Source: Antedon mediterranea
Lineage: Eukaryota; Animalia; Echinodermata
DNA: 64,000 nt
Direction: 5' to 3'
Assembly: GCF_964355755.1 (NCBI RefSeq)
Contig: NC_092671.1
Coordinates: forward strand, 3,720,001 to 3,784,000
Part shown: positions 1 to 13,200 of the stretch, in pieces
Numbering within the stretch: position 1 is the first letter of the stretch
Layout of the letters: each line of letters opens with the position of its first letter
The notes under the pieces: generated by a model
What the model saw: only the letters and a program-made list of their open reading frames with translations
The model's database searches: none
What the model was told of the DNA's origin: nothing
Program-made: the position numbers and the translations under genes

Positions 1-419
1 TACATGAAGGCAAATTTAGGAACAGAAGACATTCTATTATGATTAAGACAGTAACCTAACCGGTACACCATTATAATAAGGTTACTGGTACTAACCTTGG
101 TGTCATTAAGGCTAATCATAATGATGAATTAATTCACTTGTTCAATGGCACATTATTAGTATTCTACTAATACGTAACATCTGAGATTAAAAAAACACTT
201 TGTGCACTTTATTAGCTTGTTGTATCCATAGTAACCATGTTACCTTAATCAAACGCATTGTAGTCTGCCAAGTAATTATATTATTATTTTCTCACATTTT
301 ATCAACAATTTCTTTTTATAACCTTTTTAGAAATAATGATCTTGGTAAAATTGTTGTTTACCTTTTTTATGTAAACAGTTTAACCTTGGAACAAATCCAT
401 CTCTATTCTTGCGTAAATC

Positions 420-752
420 AATCAAATAATCTATCATAAATCTATCAATGCATCTACCAATAAATTTATCGATACATAAATTTACAATTAATAAAGGTAT
501 GAATAAACAATAGACCTACAAATAAATGTATAACAAATCTACCAATAAATCTATCATTAAATATATCAATAAATCTACCAATACCAATACATCTACCAAT
601 GTCTACCAATAAATTTACCAATATCAATAAATCTATATTAAATCTACCAATAAAAATATTAGTAAATCCCGATAAATATATCAATAATATAGGCCTACCA
701 ATAAATCTACCAATAGATCTACCAATACATATATCAATAAATCTATCAATCA
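420..752. repeat. Degenerate ~12-bp tandem repeat (AAATCTACCAAT-like), low complexity
   Basis: Recurring aaatctaccaat/aaatctatcaat units; explains spurious ORFs 466..753 and 599..790. Confidence 0.7.
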
Positions 753-912
753 ATCAGTCAAAATTACATCATTTAAAACTGATATCTTAGATAATATTAA
801 TCAATTTCAACGAGTATTTTCAATTTGGATTAAATGCAATTTTAAATCTTTTAATTCATATTACCTCGGGCAACTATATAAAAATCGTTATCAGTTTTAC
901 TGAATAACAAGT

Positions 913-1408
913 TGTCACGAACTCCTCTCACGTATGTTTCCGAGCAGTTGAAAATACTTTAGGAACTCCCTTGTGACATAAAAAGTATACACACAAAATC
1001 CACAAAGTTGTAAAATAACTCAAAAACAAAGCTTTAATTTCAATCAACTTCAACTTTTAACAATCCAGTAAGCACTTTAAACAACAGCTTCACAATGACT
1101 TTACAATATAACATCCAACCTCTAATCCAACAACCTTCTTCAAAATAAATGCTTCAATCAAAATCCTTCTCCCCCTTACAATTGTCATACTTCCCCTTAT
1201 ATACAATATGTTCATAACCTTCTAGATCATTCCTTATAGGCCTACTTCTCATTATTACATGATTACAGTTTCTATTAATAGGACTTCTGGAATGTTCTTG
1301 ATTGTTCTTATTAATTATACATGGTTTCTTAAATCAAAACATCTAATTCTAGAATGTTCATGTAAATACTATGTTACTCTATATGTTAGGGAATGGTAAT
1401 TTATTACA
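913..1408 (-). repeat. 3' LTR of the LTR element
   Basis: Direct repeat of 2343-2838; abuts the polypurine tract at 1409-1420. Confidence 0.93.
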
Positions 1409-1481
1409 CTCCCCCCTCTTTCTGAGCTCAAAACTCTTTCTTGGAGTTTTGAAGGGCAAGTATACACGAAAGTGGCAAAAG

Positions 1482-1982
1482 TTAACCCACTCCTATTCTA
1501 TAAAACTTAAATACGCCATAATAACATACAACATAATCATTAATAATTACTAATAATGAACAAACAATATTCATGTAAATTTGTCGGAATGGTTCACTAA
1601 CAATTACGGACATAGGAATCATAAAATCCTTAAATTTAGTTTTATACTTTGAGGCTTTACAATACTCTGTCAACGAAATATCATGTGAAAATTTCAAAAC
1701 ACTATTACTGCAATGATATAAAACCAGTAATTTCTCTATGGGTTCTGTCTGGTGTTTAGTAAAAACATGCCTAAATAAAATTCCGTCCTTACAGACCGTC
1801 ATATCTTCCCGACATAAACCTTCTTTCCTTTCAATATCTTCCCGATGTAAACGTTCTTGGTTATCCATCATCTGCTGCTTCAGAAGACTCTGTTGTTGTA
1901 TTTGTTGCTTCATTAACAACACCAAAAAGTCTGTACTGCTGTACACTTTACCGGATATTGTTGTTGATTGTTTATCAGCCAT
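1482..1982 (-). pseudogene. Chimeric gag-N-terminus/integrase remnant ORF (166 aa) of the LTR element
   Basis: Q-rich coiled-coil N-terminus, then KDGILFR..LLV..VLKFSHD and IPMSVIVSEPFRQIYMNIVCSL..LVIINDY, resembling Gypsy integrase zinc-binding and core-start motifs (EPF...DIVGPL, LVIVDY); catalytic D appears replaced by N. Confidence 0.6.
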
Positions 1983-2323
1983 ATTTTAAATCTGGATGAG
2001 GGTCTTGTTACTAGTTAATCGTAGTTACCGAGACGTTCACAAGTCTACTGTTCCAAATAAATAATGTACTGTTCTTAAAACAATGTTTGTGTTCTTACGA
2101 TTAAACAAAACGTAGCACCGCGGCTTCCGTAAAATATCACAGTATCGTAAGTACCGCTTTCACAAAATATCAATAAAGTACAGTTGATCCTAAAACAGCC
2201 ACCAATCTATGGCAAAATACAGTAGATCAAACTGCTACACCACAAAATATCACAACCGTAGATAAATACACAGTTAAGTCGAACAGTAGATCGAAATAAC
2301 CGCTGCCGCCAAATTAGGCTGAA

Positions 2324-2337
2324 CACCGCTGCCACCA
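2324..2337 (-). other. Primer-binding site complementary to the tRNA-Leu 3' end
   Basis: Plus strand CACCGCTGCCACCA equals the 3' end of animal tRNA-Leu(AAG/TAG) plus CCA; 5 nt from the 5' LTR. Confidence 0.85.
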
Positions 2338-2342
2338 AATTA

Positions 2343-2838
2343 TGTCACGAACTCCTCTCACGTATGTTTCCGAGCAGTTGAAAATACTTTAGGAACTCCC
2401 TTGTGACATAAAAAGTATACACACAAAATCCACAAAGTTGTAAAATAACTCAAAAACAAAGCTTTAATTTCAATCAACTTCAACTTTTAACAATCCAGTA
2501 AGCACTTTAAACAACAGCTTCACAATGACTTTACAATATAACATCCAACCTCTAATCCAACAACCTTCTTCAAAATAAATGCTTCAATCAAAATCCTTCT
2601 CCCCCTTACAATTGTCATACTTCCCCTTATATACAATATGTTCATAACCTTCTAGATCATTCCTTATAGGCCTACTTCTCATTATTACATGATTACAGTT
2701 TCTATTAATAGGACTTCTGGAATGTTCTTGATTGTTCTTATTAATTATACATGGTTTCTTAAATCAAAACATCTAATTCTAGAATGTTCATGTAAATACT
2801 ATGTTACTCTATATGTTAGGGAATGGTAATTTATTACA
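2343..2838 (-). repeat. 5' LTR of the LTR element
   Basis: Direct repeat of 913-1408; followed on minus by the PBS. Confidence 0.93.
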
Positions 2839-3396
2839 CAAGTATAGTGTACTAAATACATGTCATCACCTTAAATACGCGATATAACTTTTTGTCGACA
2901 ATGTTGCATATGTTTTAAACGGCTTTATTCTTTTTTGTGTTTTATATTATTATAATTACTTGTTGACGACCTTGTTATGTAGTTGCTGTATGTACATGAA
3001 CAATTACGACCATTTGTATGTTTTGCTCAATGGATGTCAGACAATAATTTAAAAATCGTCTGATAATGATCAATCACTACACTATACTAGTGTGGTTTGT
3101 CGTCTGCGCTTCTAGCGATGCATTCACACTAGACACATTATGCAGTACTGAGCCCTGGGCCATACAATTACCTGTCTTTCAATTTGGTGTGAACCAACAC
3201 AAGACTCACATGACCGGCTCGAAAGTTTATCAATTAATTGGGAACTGGCCTTGTATAAGAATTAATCTATGTATTTTTATAGCGACAGAGAATTGGGTGT
3301 ATTTATCCGCTAAACATTTATTAGGACACACAATTACATATGTTTATGTCAGGCTTATAGCATCTACATCAAAATAAAGACTCCTGTGTATGTGTG

Positions 3397-3449
3397 TATA
3401 TAAAGTTGTTTACTTCTCTAAAGCTTCTTGATCGCTGCTGCAACGCCAG
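3397..3449 (+). promoter_or_regulatory. Candidate SYT12 core promoter and short non-coding first exon
   Basis: TATATAAAG at 3397-3405, donor CAG|GTAATA at 3450, acceptor (T)nCTAG at 4006-4007, 12 nt upstream of the ATG. Confidence 0.4.
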
Positions 3450-3600
3450 GTAATACGTCCAACGAAAGTAATGTGATCAACCATAAGAGACGGATTATCT
3501 GAACTGTCGCTAGTGATTGGTCAAATGAATTCTTACGCTGCAAAAGCTCTGGAAAAAATCCGTAAAAGCAGCAGGTGATATAAACTACTTAAAAAATGCT

Positions 3601-3839
3601 TGGATTATCCTAACTGTCGTTTGTGATTGGTCAACTCACTTGCGTTGTACATACGTCGTTACGTTGCGTCTCTTGGTTCCCACTAGAGACGCAACGTGAA
3701 GACGTAAGTGTTTAGATAGATTATTTAAACGTTACGTCCTTACGTTTGCGTCTCTATAGGCAACCAAGAGACACAACGTAACGACGTTTGTACAACGCAA
3801 GTGAGTTGACCAATCACAAGCGACAGTTAGGATGATCCA
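3601..3839. repeat. Long imperfect palindrome built from Harbinger-type MITE family sequence
   Basis: Arms ~3601-3705 and ~3735-3839 are inverted copies; share GGTTCCCACTAG and GTGATTGGTCAA motifs with the MITE at 10785. Confidence 0.65.
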
Positions 3840-4019
3840 CGCTTCATGATTTGTCGAATTTACGTGCGGTGCGCTTCTTCCTTTGGTTGCGTCACGTCCA
3901 AGTGGGAAGCAAGATCTATGCGCTACATTTCAAAGGAGCTAGGGAACAAGGCGGCACTACACCGTGAAAAATCTAGCCTGAATGTTTGCTTTGGTTTTTT
4001 TTTCTAGGTACGCTGTGTG

Positions 4020-4211
4020 ATGGGTGTACTTGTTGTTGCTGTGGTGCTATGTGCCATAACCGCAAGTGGGTTTGGCGCTGCGGCTGCCTGGAATCACTTC
4101 TGCGGGTCTGACCGCATGAAGAAATATCTTATGAGAATTACAAGTAAAATGGAGAACGAAGTTGTTAAAACAGAAGAGGGTACCACGTATGGAACAGCCG
4201 ATAAACCAATG
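4020..4211 (+). CDS. SYT12: SYT12 coding exon 1 (transmembrane anchor)
   Basis: MGVLVVAVVLCAITASGFGAAAAW hydrophobic helix; acceptor 4006-4007; donor GTTCGG at 4212 (weak, phase 0). Confidence 0.72.
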
Positions 4212-7200
4212 GTTCGGACACTTTTTTTATATTTACAATATAATTATCTTCTGCCATTAATTCGTGCATGACATACGAAGAAGTGAACAGATAATATGAA
4301 ACAGAAGAAGCGAAACAAGTTTGTTAAATTTATATCACTCTAAATACACGCGAGTATTCTGCGTGTGTTGTTAATGCTTTTAAAACTATCTTTTGAAATT
4401 CATTTTGTAAAATCAATTTATCCTATCCAAGTGGGACCACGATGAACCTATAGGACAATTTTGTAAAAGTCATTTTCCATAAATATCTTTTACCATTATT
4501 TCACTTTAATACGTGCGTATAACATGCATAACGTGACTATAGATAAAACAGGCAAAATAAAATATAAAATTGAATCTCGAATCTCGCTCGAATAACACGC
4601 GACTATATTTAGAATTGTGTAAAGTAATTTTTATAATTATCTAAAAATCCATCCAAAAAAAAATCACTTTAGCTTAGATTTTCCTTAATTTATATTTATA
4701 AGATGCGAAATGCTATTAATAGACCATCCTACGCTATATATATATAACAGCAATTATTTTCTGAAATGATTTTGGGTTAATGGTGCGTGGGGTTTCTCGA
4801 GTCCCTGGTTGTTGGGGTGATAACCTCGAGTTACCACGACTCTCTCTGTAATTATTAAATTTCTTTCACATTTCTATGCAATTAGTTTTCCATTTTATGT
4901 GTTTCCGTCAATCACAAGGTGTACGATATTATGTGTATTATTACTGAGGATATTATGATTAATGGATGAAGCTCTGTCTACACTATCAAACTAGTGACAA
5001 ACAACGTGTGATGTGCCCAAATAATGGTAGTGATACAACACTGATTGGTGTATATATTTTACCTCTCGTTTGTTTATTACGGGAAAGTTTCGTCTCAATA
5101 TGGGTGTTTCGTGAATTGGGGTGGGTGGAAGGGATGCACGGTATACCCTTTGAATGTTTATTAAACGCCTTAAATTATTATAAATACGTTGTTCTATCGT
5201 AACCGATGCATTGTGGGCGTAACTGACGGAATGAAGAAACTCGTACACCCACAATGCATCAAACTTCTAGAAAATTTCCAGAATGACACTGTTTGCTACA
5301 TTTGACAACATAGTCAAAACATTGTTCACTACGCGCCTCCTAAAATAGAGGGCGTTTATGCATTTCAAATCAAATCGATTTTTTTAAAACTAGACAACAA
5401 TGGTCAATTTACTAGTTCTATGGAAGCGTGGTATCATTTTTAAAGCAGTCTTTATAGAAAGAATTACAGTGGGAGTGTACTATTCAGGGGACGCCTCTAT
5501 TAAGGGCACACCTGTGAAACGAACGATAGTCATAGATTAACACTATACGGCAAATCCTTATTTGAAACACCCTTATAAGGCTGGGGACACTTTGGTCGGC
5601 CTCGAAAAGGTGGTATTCTCCTAATAGAGTCTGCTGTAATTAAGATTGGTTCCCACTAAGACGCAGCGCAAGGACGTAAGCGAACTGACCAATAAAAATC
5701 GATGGATTATTATAACTGTCGCTTGCGATTGGTCAATTCGCTTGAGTTGCAACACGAATAGTAATTCAATATTAGCAAATCAACAAATTAGCACTGTTTG
5801 TTCTGCAGTACATGTTGTACTTTCTGTTGAATTGTCGGCACATTTATGTTATGTCAATCATGATTATATTCTATTTGCTCACTAAACTTAGGTTTCTGAA
5901 GATACGAGTGTAGTACCTAATAATACTTCGGTAACACCTATCGAATCTGCAGCGCCGACTGGTAAAAGTAGCGAACCGCTGTATGAGGGCGATGAGATGA
6001 CATTTGCCCGTACACCCTTGGGACGATGCGGCTCTGCCGAATCTCTTGAATCCGTTGCTTCCGACTCATCAATATTTGAAGAAGGACAATCGAGTTCGTA
6101 AGTTTATTAATAATTTGTATGGATTCTGGATTCTTTTCACTGCTGAAGTTAAAAATCTAATAGAAAATGAACATATGTGTAACTTCATTAAGGCACAACG
6201 TAAATGGGGTGCAAAAAATGAAACTCTGTTACAATTGATAGCATGAATATAATCTGTATGAAGTGTTTTTTTCATGTTTTCTAAAATGCAATATGTTTTG
6301 TTTATTTCCCAATTACAAATTGTATACAGAAGTAGAAGTAGTATTATAATAAGATGTCATCGGGTATGAAGCGTCTCACATACACACAGAGCCAAAATGG
6401 CATCTTGGACTTGCACGGTGTATGGACTCTAACCTTACGGTTTTCATTTAAATATTTCATTCCACTCTATCATCCTTATCTAGTTTTCAAACTTTTGCAT
6501 TCCTCTTTTTTCATCTCATCCTTTTTGTCTTGGTGAAAAGGGAGGATATTTTATATTCCTCCTCTGAGTTTATAGCCTCTCTACCAGAACATGAACAAGA
6601 TTTTATAAGTACGTTTTTAATGACAGTTCATAGACTTTTATTACCATCTTTTATCTTTATATTTTAATTAACATCTTTTTAAAATTGTAAATGAAAGCAT
6701 GGTTATTATATTGAAATCAATCATCTTTTTATGTAAATATGCCTACTTTTTAACTACTTGTTAACTTGTAACAATCTTAGTAATATACAACAGAAATAGA
6801 AATATTCATACAAATAATTAATTGCTACAATGTACCTTTATTTTATATATAATATATATACATATAAATCTGAGAATTATAATAAAAGTGGGAAGACCCC
6901 ACACAAGACAAAAAAAAAAAATAATTTGTATGGTGCGCCAAGCTCTTATTTATTCGGAAATAAAGATAGGCCTATATTATAGATTAAAACTAAGAGAGCT
7001 GGCTAACTCTATTTAAAAAGTTGAGGGCGTATCGGTTTGATCTTTGTTGCGCGTGTTGTTGTTAATAACGAGAGTTGGGCGCAGCATATTTTCTTTTAGA
7101 TCTGAACCATATCAAATGACCTATTTAAATGTATTCATTGTAAAAACACGCCACATACAAATATTTCTAAGATTGGTTTGCAATAGTGTATTCTTTGTAA

Positions 7201-10200
7201 TATAATGACAGTTGGGCGCACCATACTTTCTTTTAGATCTGAACCATATCAAATGACCTATTTAAATTGTATTTATTGTAAAAACACATCACATACAAAT
7301 ATTTCTAAGATTTTTATGCAACAATGCATTTTTTGAAAAATAATAATAATATTGTTTTCTAACGCCAAGTTTAACTTGTTCGTTTTCATAGAACTGGACA
7401 ATTAGAGATAACTATTAATTATCTAGAGGACTCTGGTTGCTTATTACTAACTATTGTACAAGCACGTGACTTAAGGATGACCAATCAGCACAGACCATTG
7501 GACACTTTTGTAAAAATTTTCATCGAACCTGATGAAGAGTCAAAAGCACACACAAAGGCGAGTATTATACATCTTCGTTCCCATTGGACACAAAATCATT
7601 AACGTAAACACATCGCAAGTAAGTTGACCAATCACGACGCGATGGACTATTCGAACTGTCGCTTGTGATTTGTCAACTCAGAAGTTAAAACCAAGCTGTA
7701 AATAGAAACCCATTGATTGTCCACTTAATGTGTGTCCTGAATAGTAGCTCAAAATAATTTATTTAGCTCAAGTAAAATGCTATCTTTCCACATGTGAAGT
7801 CCTAACCGTCAATAGTAATTATCCGAAAACCACACTCTTAAATAATATTAAGATCCATTCTATCTTATATGACGAGGTCGAATGTATATGGATTAATAGA
7901 CATACTCGAATAATCCTCGCAAAATACTCGTAATAGTTTACGCGTACTACTCAGATGACGTCGATAAGTTTACTAAAAAGCTAAACAAAAATTGTTGTTA
8001 TCATAACCATTCGATAACTTCACCTACGCATATCAGCGGAATGACAGATGTAACGTTACACAAGAGAGAAGTTATATCGGAACGTTTTCTACACATTTGT
8101 TCTAGTCGCATACGAAATTGCAAAGGTGACAGAAATCGATAACAAACTTATCTGACATTTAAACTGAATGTTAACCGAACTGTATTTAGAATCTTCTTAT
8201 AGAATTTTCTATTTAACAACACAACAGTTAAGCGTTATATCTAATAGAAGTTTGTTATAAAATACAGAAAAGTAATTAGGCTGATGCATGTATTATATTA
8301 TTATTATTATTATGTATTATCTTAGAGCTCTAAGACTCTTTATTTTATATAGAAAATAATTATTGTTCAGGCCTAGCGTTACTTAAGTTACGCTACTACT
8401 ACACTGCCCACTATTAAATACTCTACATTTTTATAATAAGCCTACAACTTTCACAATTTAATGGCGGCATTATTAATTTATTAATAACACTATGTGAATT
8501 TCAATGTTTCTTCACTTTCCCTTTACATTTTGCATTCAAATTATATACATAAACATACAGCAAAAAAAAAATCGTGGGGTCTGGGAGAAGCGCCCGTGAA
8601 ATTAAAAAACAAATTAAAATACATTTTTGCGTGAGTTACACTAATTATTACTACCACTAACTTAAGCTTTAGTTCTAAAACGAAGTTCAACAATCCCATA
8701 TACGTAGCTGCAGTCGCGTGCGTAAATTTGAGTTAGTGTTTACCGACCGACCGACCAACCGACATAGTGAGCTGTAGTTTGCACGCGACTAAAAACAAGG
8801 TTGGTTCGGCGCACCAAGATAATATCTTATACCAATTAAGAACATTAATTGTGGGTTGAAGCACTCTGCATAATAAGGTTTACTTTTGTTAATGGGAACC
8901 AACATGAGAAAGAACTAGGCCATGTAATTACATCAACAGGAACATCGACGATTGAATTAATACTGATTCTTGGAAATGTCTTTATATTTTGTACTAAGAA
9001 GATACAAAATACAGGGTCATTCCAGTCATTCTGCCATGTGCATAATATCGCGTGCAACAGACAAACTTTCGTTTAACGAACAAACGTTCTCCTTTACAAA
9101 AAAGATACAAATATGACACTTTACAATTATCGAATATTAAACACAAAAAGACTTCAAAGAACTGTTGTAGTTTACACCTGATGGGTTGTTTACTTGATTT
9201 TATTTTTTAAAACACCTGTTTCAATTCTTTCAATGTGAATAGGGGTTTCAGACATCTTCAGACTGAAATGTTTTTAAAAATGAACATATGCGGTGGATTT
9301 GTCTAGTCTATTGTGTTGTACTTCTTAGAAATGGACTTATGATTATTTTGAAAGAAAGAATAACGCATCTAGTCAATAAAAGAGTTTAGAAATAATAGAA
9401 GAACTTGTAATAACAAAGTTCAACTTCAAGTTCTAAACGTACTCAATCACACATCACGACGGAGATTGAATTATTTAATATGATATATTACTTATTAGGC
9501 CTAGATAAACGCCTCTTTTGATATTAAGACAAGCTATCAATAATAAGTACAATAAACAAAAGGGGTTGGCCATTTATAAAGCATAATTCCTTTCGTTCGT
9601 TACGGGAAATAATTTCCATTGAAACGTCCTCTGATTTCATTCATTCATTCACAATGGTATATTTATTAAAATCATCTTCACAGAAAAACTGAATTGTGAC
9701 AATTTTTTATATTATTAAAAGGTACTTAAAATATTTAAAATGTTTTAAAAAGATAGCATAAAATAACATCAAAAATTGAGATCCACACAATACATCATAT
9801 AAAAACATTAAAATAAACGAGCACAACATCAAAACCAGTAAAAATCTAAATGACTAAATTACCTAACATGTTATATTTAATTCTTATTACTTCAAACATA
9901 TATTATACAGAGGGATAAAATTATTTTCAATACAGAAGTAAAATCAGTTGCGGTTCCGCTGCCTAATCATGTATGGAATGGAGCTGTTACCATATCTGAC
10001 AGTCCGGCAAACAGGGACAGTAAGTTTGTTTGCGCTTCGTATGTCTCTGCCATGAGACTCAAACCTACTGGGTGGAATACACTCACCTGGGCTAGAAATT
10101 AACGAGGCAAAAAATTTGCTACAAATTTCATTACGACGAACATTTAACTGTATTAGTTACACTGATCAAGAGCTAGATTATAGTGTGAAAACAGAGTTCC

Positions 10201-13200
10201 TAGAATAATTTTACATGCTCACTTTTGGATTCTCTCTAACATATTTGATTCAAGTTGGGTAAGACCAGAATGCCACACAGGAGCAGCGTATTCAGTTAAG
10301 GATCTGACATACCAAGTGTAAATAGTTAATAAGTCAACAATTGGCATTTTGAATCGCTTAAGTACTTTCAACATATATAATCTACCATTAGCTTTGCTTT
10401 GCTAAGCACTTTAGTGATATGAGAGCTCCATTTAAGATCAGAACTAATGTTAACTTAACGCCTAAGATTGTAGTATTGTTCACAATGTGCAACGGCTGTC
10501 CATCAATGTTGACAACATGATTAACATTTTCTCTACAGAAATTTACACTCATAACTAAACATTTGCTATAGGATTAAGTTTCATATTATTGTCCAAATGG
10601 GGTGTCCACATTAGTTAGTGAGCACGGCCGGGTGGATGGGTGGGTTGTGTGTGTGTGGGGAAGGGGGATGGAATCTAGTTATTATATATCTCCTATTTAC
10701 TGAGATTTTAAGTTTAACTGTTGTGTATTATGTATAATATTTATCAAATGGCAACTTTAGACAGGGAGTTATTTTACTCCCTTAAGCTTGGTTCCCACTA
10801 GAACGTAACGCAAGGACGTAAACGCAACGCAAGCGTTTTAACCAATGACAAGCGAAGTTATTGACAGTTAGCAATCACAAGCGAATAAGCCATCGCTTGT
10901 GATTGGTCAATTCACTTGCGTTGCGTTACGTCCTTGTGTTGCGTCGCTAGTGGGAACCACGCTTTAAGCATTTTCCTAATTAATTGAATTCTGTGTATTT
11001 TAGCAACTTTTCTAATAATATTATTTCAACTTTATTTAGATTGCAAATCGTTGCCTCAGTCCCATTTATAACGAGAAATTTCTTTTCAACATTCCAAAAG
11101 CTGAACTGGACTATCGTGCTCTTCGTTTAGTTGTCTTAAGCTGTGATCGATTTTCGCGAATAGGAATGCTAGGCGTTTGCAGACTTCGATTAAGCGACCT
11201 CAATCTCGTACCAAACCCATTCACCGCTTGGTTAGACCTAGCTGAAATGTCGGATGATGAGGTAAGCACTCTATAGGCCTACTTAATTAAGTCATGTTAC
11301 GATAATTGGCCTTATATTTGGCATTGCCATAAACGCGAAAGCGCAACACTAAGCTGGAATGGCCTACTTAATGTACATTAGTAGCCCACAGTACAATAAC
11401 CTCCACTAAAAGTACACATAACTATTCCGATACAATCATGTATAATGTAAATATCTTACTACGGCAATGCATTTCATTTTTTATTATTAATATAAACATT
11501 TCGCTACTGAGAAATATTGTAAACAGCGCCACCAATTAATTAAGTAATTCTTAACTATATAACAATGAGACATTTATCTGAAACTTGGAGGGATAATAAT
11601 AATAATAATAATAATTTATATAGCGCCCTTTTCATGAGTGATCATGCTCAAAGGTGGGACAAAATCAATGTCTTAACCATGGCAATACAAAATTAATAAA
11701 TTAAATAAATGTTTTTTTGACATTATTTGTCTCACTCCCTTTATTGGAAAGCAAATTGTTTTTTTTTTTCTTTCTAATCGAAAACTAGTTAGCTGATGAT
11801 TTTGGCAAATTACTGTTTTATTGCTTGCGAATAAACGATTTTTTTCACAGAAAAACACAAGAAGGCCGAGCTAAACTATTATTTTTTTCCCTACAAAATA
11901 ATATGCTTTATTAATAAAATTAGTTATTTTAATGCTATGTCTACACTCTCAAACTTTATATGACAAAAAAATGTGTCCAAATATTTTTTATAAATATAAC
12001 GTTTAGAATAAAGATAGAGCTGATATAAAGAACACAATCGTTACGGCTCGTAGGATATTTTTGGTATGCACTTCCAGGGTATAACATTTAATGTATTAAT
12101 TTAATTAGGCTAAGTATTATGATAACATTTAATTTAATTTATATCTTAGACTACCATGGACTTAGGAGATGTATTGATATCGCTGAGTTACCTACCGACG
12201 GCAGCCAGACTAATGGTAATAATAGTTAAGGCGAGAAACCTAAAATGGACAGACCAAAAAGAAACCGCAGGTGAGTGCTTTGACTGAAAGTCCGGTTCGA
12301 ATCGTAAACCAACCTAATATTTACAACAACAAAAAACAAATTATCTCACGTTATGAGTGTTTTTTCTTGCTAATAAAGTTAGGGTTCGAATCCCAAACCA
12401 ACCTTATAATTACAAAATTAAAAGTGCCTTCACATGAGTGTTGTTCTTCTTACTAAAGTGTGGGTTCGAATCCCAAACCAACCTTATAATTACAAAACAA
12501 AAATTGATTTCACGAGAGTGTTGTTCTTCCTACTAAAGTTAGGATTCGAATACCAAATCAACTTAATATTGGGTCACTGGACCAGATACGAAACTCTATG
12601 ATAGTATAAGTATACGTTGTGAACGCTAATTCAGGCAAATTTCTCCATTGCGTAAAATTACTGGTGTTTAATAATTAATCGTATAATACCGTATGTTAGC
12701 ATTACAAAGCTTGTCTTCGACTAGACAACAGGTCCTGTGGCCCAATGGATAAGGCATCTGACTACGAATCAGGGGATTCCAGGTTCGAGTCCTGGCAGGA
12801 TCGGATTTTTTAAATTATCTTACAAATATGAAATAAATAAATGAATTTTTAAAAAATGGAATTCGAATGATACAGTGGTTTTACCACTAAATTGTAACTG
12901 CTCGAAACCTACAGAAACCTACAGATCTAGAATACAATTTACCAAAATGGATAAATATGTTGAAATGCATTAGGCTATAATTTACTCTCATGATAAATAA
13001 ATAAACACAAACATTGTGCAACAGTAAAAAAAAAAACACGATCCTGCCAGGACTCGAACCTGGAATCCCCTGATTCGTAGTCAGATGCCTTATCCATTGG
13101 GCCACAGGACCAGATACATAACTCTATGATAGTATACGTTGTGAACGCTTACTCAGGAAAACTTCTCCATTGCGTAAAATTGGTATTTAATAATTAATCA

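Larger units (their letters stand above)
913..2838 (-). mobile_element. Non-autonomous, internally deleted Ty3/Gypsy-derived LTR retrotransposon
   Basis: Two 496-bp TG...CA LTRs (913-1408, 2343-2838), identical by eye; 5-bp TSD CAAGT (908-912, 2839-2843); minus-strand PBS TGGTGGCAGCGGTG and PPT AAGAGGGGGGAG; internal integrase-like remnants. Confidence 0.93.

Noticed and set aside
5466-5640. Degenerate Tc1/mariner-like MITE remnants sharing a GTGAAACGAAC core (also ~14830, 39700, 56400, 60030)
   Set aside because: Probably real old repeats, but termini and TSDs are too decayed to give supportable boundaries.
11818-11837. TTATTGCTTGCGAATAAACG resembles mature miR-137 (two mismatches, from memory)
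   Set aside because: No convincing complementary 5' arm upstream, and conserved miRNAs rarely differ this way; treated as chance.
12287-12570. Regularly spaced repeats resembling a CRISPR array
   Set aside because: Eukaryotic intron; the whole unit is repeated with no unique spacers and there are no cas genes.
12887-13105. 72-aa ORF (likewise 47643..47867 and 47777..47977)
   Set aside because: Translations of tRNA genes or their antisense strand.
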